In this document: in pieces, positions 63,219 to 64,000 of the stretch
Numbering within the stretch: position 1 is the first letter of the stretch
Layout of the letters: every line of letters starts with the position of its first letter
Assembly: GCA_020536535.1 (NCBI GenBank)
Contig: JAHLWZ010000381.1
Coordinates: 35,324-99,323, forward strand
DNA length: 64,000 nt
Direction: 5' to 3'
DNA from: Pelomyxa schiedti
Taxonomy: Eukaryota > Protista > Evosea
Program-made: the position numbers and the translations under genes
Notes under the pieces: model-generated
Told to the model about the DNA's origin: nothing
The model's database searches: none
The model's input: only the letters and a program-made list of their open reading frames with translations

Positions 63219-64000
63219 TGTGTGTGCAACAGCGACGGCGACATGGATGCGCAGGTGTACGTCTACTTCTGCGAGAGCTGCAACGACTGGTGCCACGTCA
63301 AGTGCATGGAAGGGTGCGTGCCGCCGCCGCCGTTGATCAGGATCAAGAAGCACCAGCACCCCCTGGCGTTCGTGGAGGCGGCCCCGCCCAAGCCAGAGGG
63401 CGCCGACGACGACAACATCGACGGCGACAGCGACGACGAGCGCGCGGCCGCCGCGCAGTGCGACACGTGCTACGGCGATATCGCCGGGGAGCAGCACTAC
63501 AAGTGCACAAAGTGCCCCGCTGTAAGGCACATCGGGTGCTGCTCCAAGCCCCAGGCGTTCGACCCCCTCGCGCCCGTCGGTGACGACGAAGACAGTAGCA
63601 GAAAGGGGAAGACAAAGGCCGATGCAGACAGTGACGACAGCGACGACAGCGACGATGACAGCGACGACGATGATGAGGACCACGGGTCTCAAGAGCAGTT
63701 TTTACTAAAGATGCGCGCCATAGAAGCCAGATATGCAACTTCCCAACATCTCCGTGGCCACCAGGCTGAAGACTCCAAGGCAGACAAAGGTAAAGACAAG
63801 GCCGAGGATGAAGCCGACTCCAGTGCCAGTGACGACTGATCTTCTACCTAAAAATACATCTTAGAAAGTTAAAAAAATCCTCAATCTATCAAAAAGATTT
63901 TGTTTTTCTTCCTGATACGGTTTGCTACGAGCGAAAAGGGCAGGGGAGGGGTCGTAGGCTATTCTGGAAATGAAAGAAAGAGTGGGGAGGGTGAAAGATG
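63219..64000 (+). repeat. Near-identical direct copy of 62337-63118 (3' end of the NLR-like gene plus 3' flank)
   Basis: Same 782-nt length, a few substitutions and in-frame indels (-3, +9, -6). Both end in ...gggtgaaagatg. Confidence 0.92.

Overview
Eukaryotic, very gene-dense genomic DNA with many short GT-AG introns (about 26-100 nt). The gene content (actin-fragmin kinase, Roco kinase, compact intergenic spacing) points to an amoebozoan, possibly a Pelomyxa-like archamoeba; this assignment is inference only. Ordinary genes are RPL24, a zinc-finger protein, an actin-fragmin kinase, a membrane cyclic-nucleotide phosphodiesterase, a Roco kinase, a GHMP kinase, a RhoGAP, a GH3 beta-glucosidase, an LRR protein, an ACAP-type ArfGAP, C2CD5, ClpB/Hsp101 and a calmodulin-like gene. 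The standout is a giant, nearly intronless NLR-like (STAND/NACHT) gene of about 3545 aa. Its domain order is helical Arm-like domain, NACHT, an inserted C1 zinc finger, pentapeptide repeats, WD40-like repeats, a nucleoredoxin-like domain lacking its CxxC motif, and nine DC1 zinc fingers. It sits head-to-head with the calmodulin-like gene. This ~11 kb two-gene block is present twice as an inverted duplication flanking ~32 kb. The two copies alternate between near-identical and strongly diverged tracts, and the left copy carries inactivating lesions. A third, 3'-only copy follows a 100-N assembly gap.
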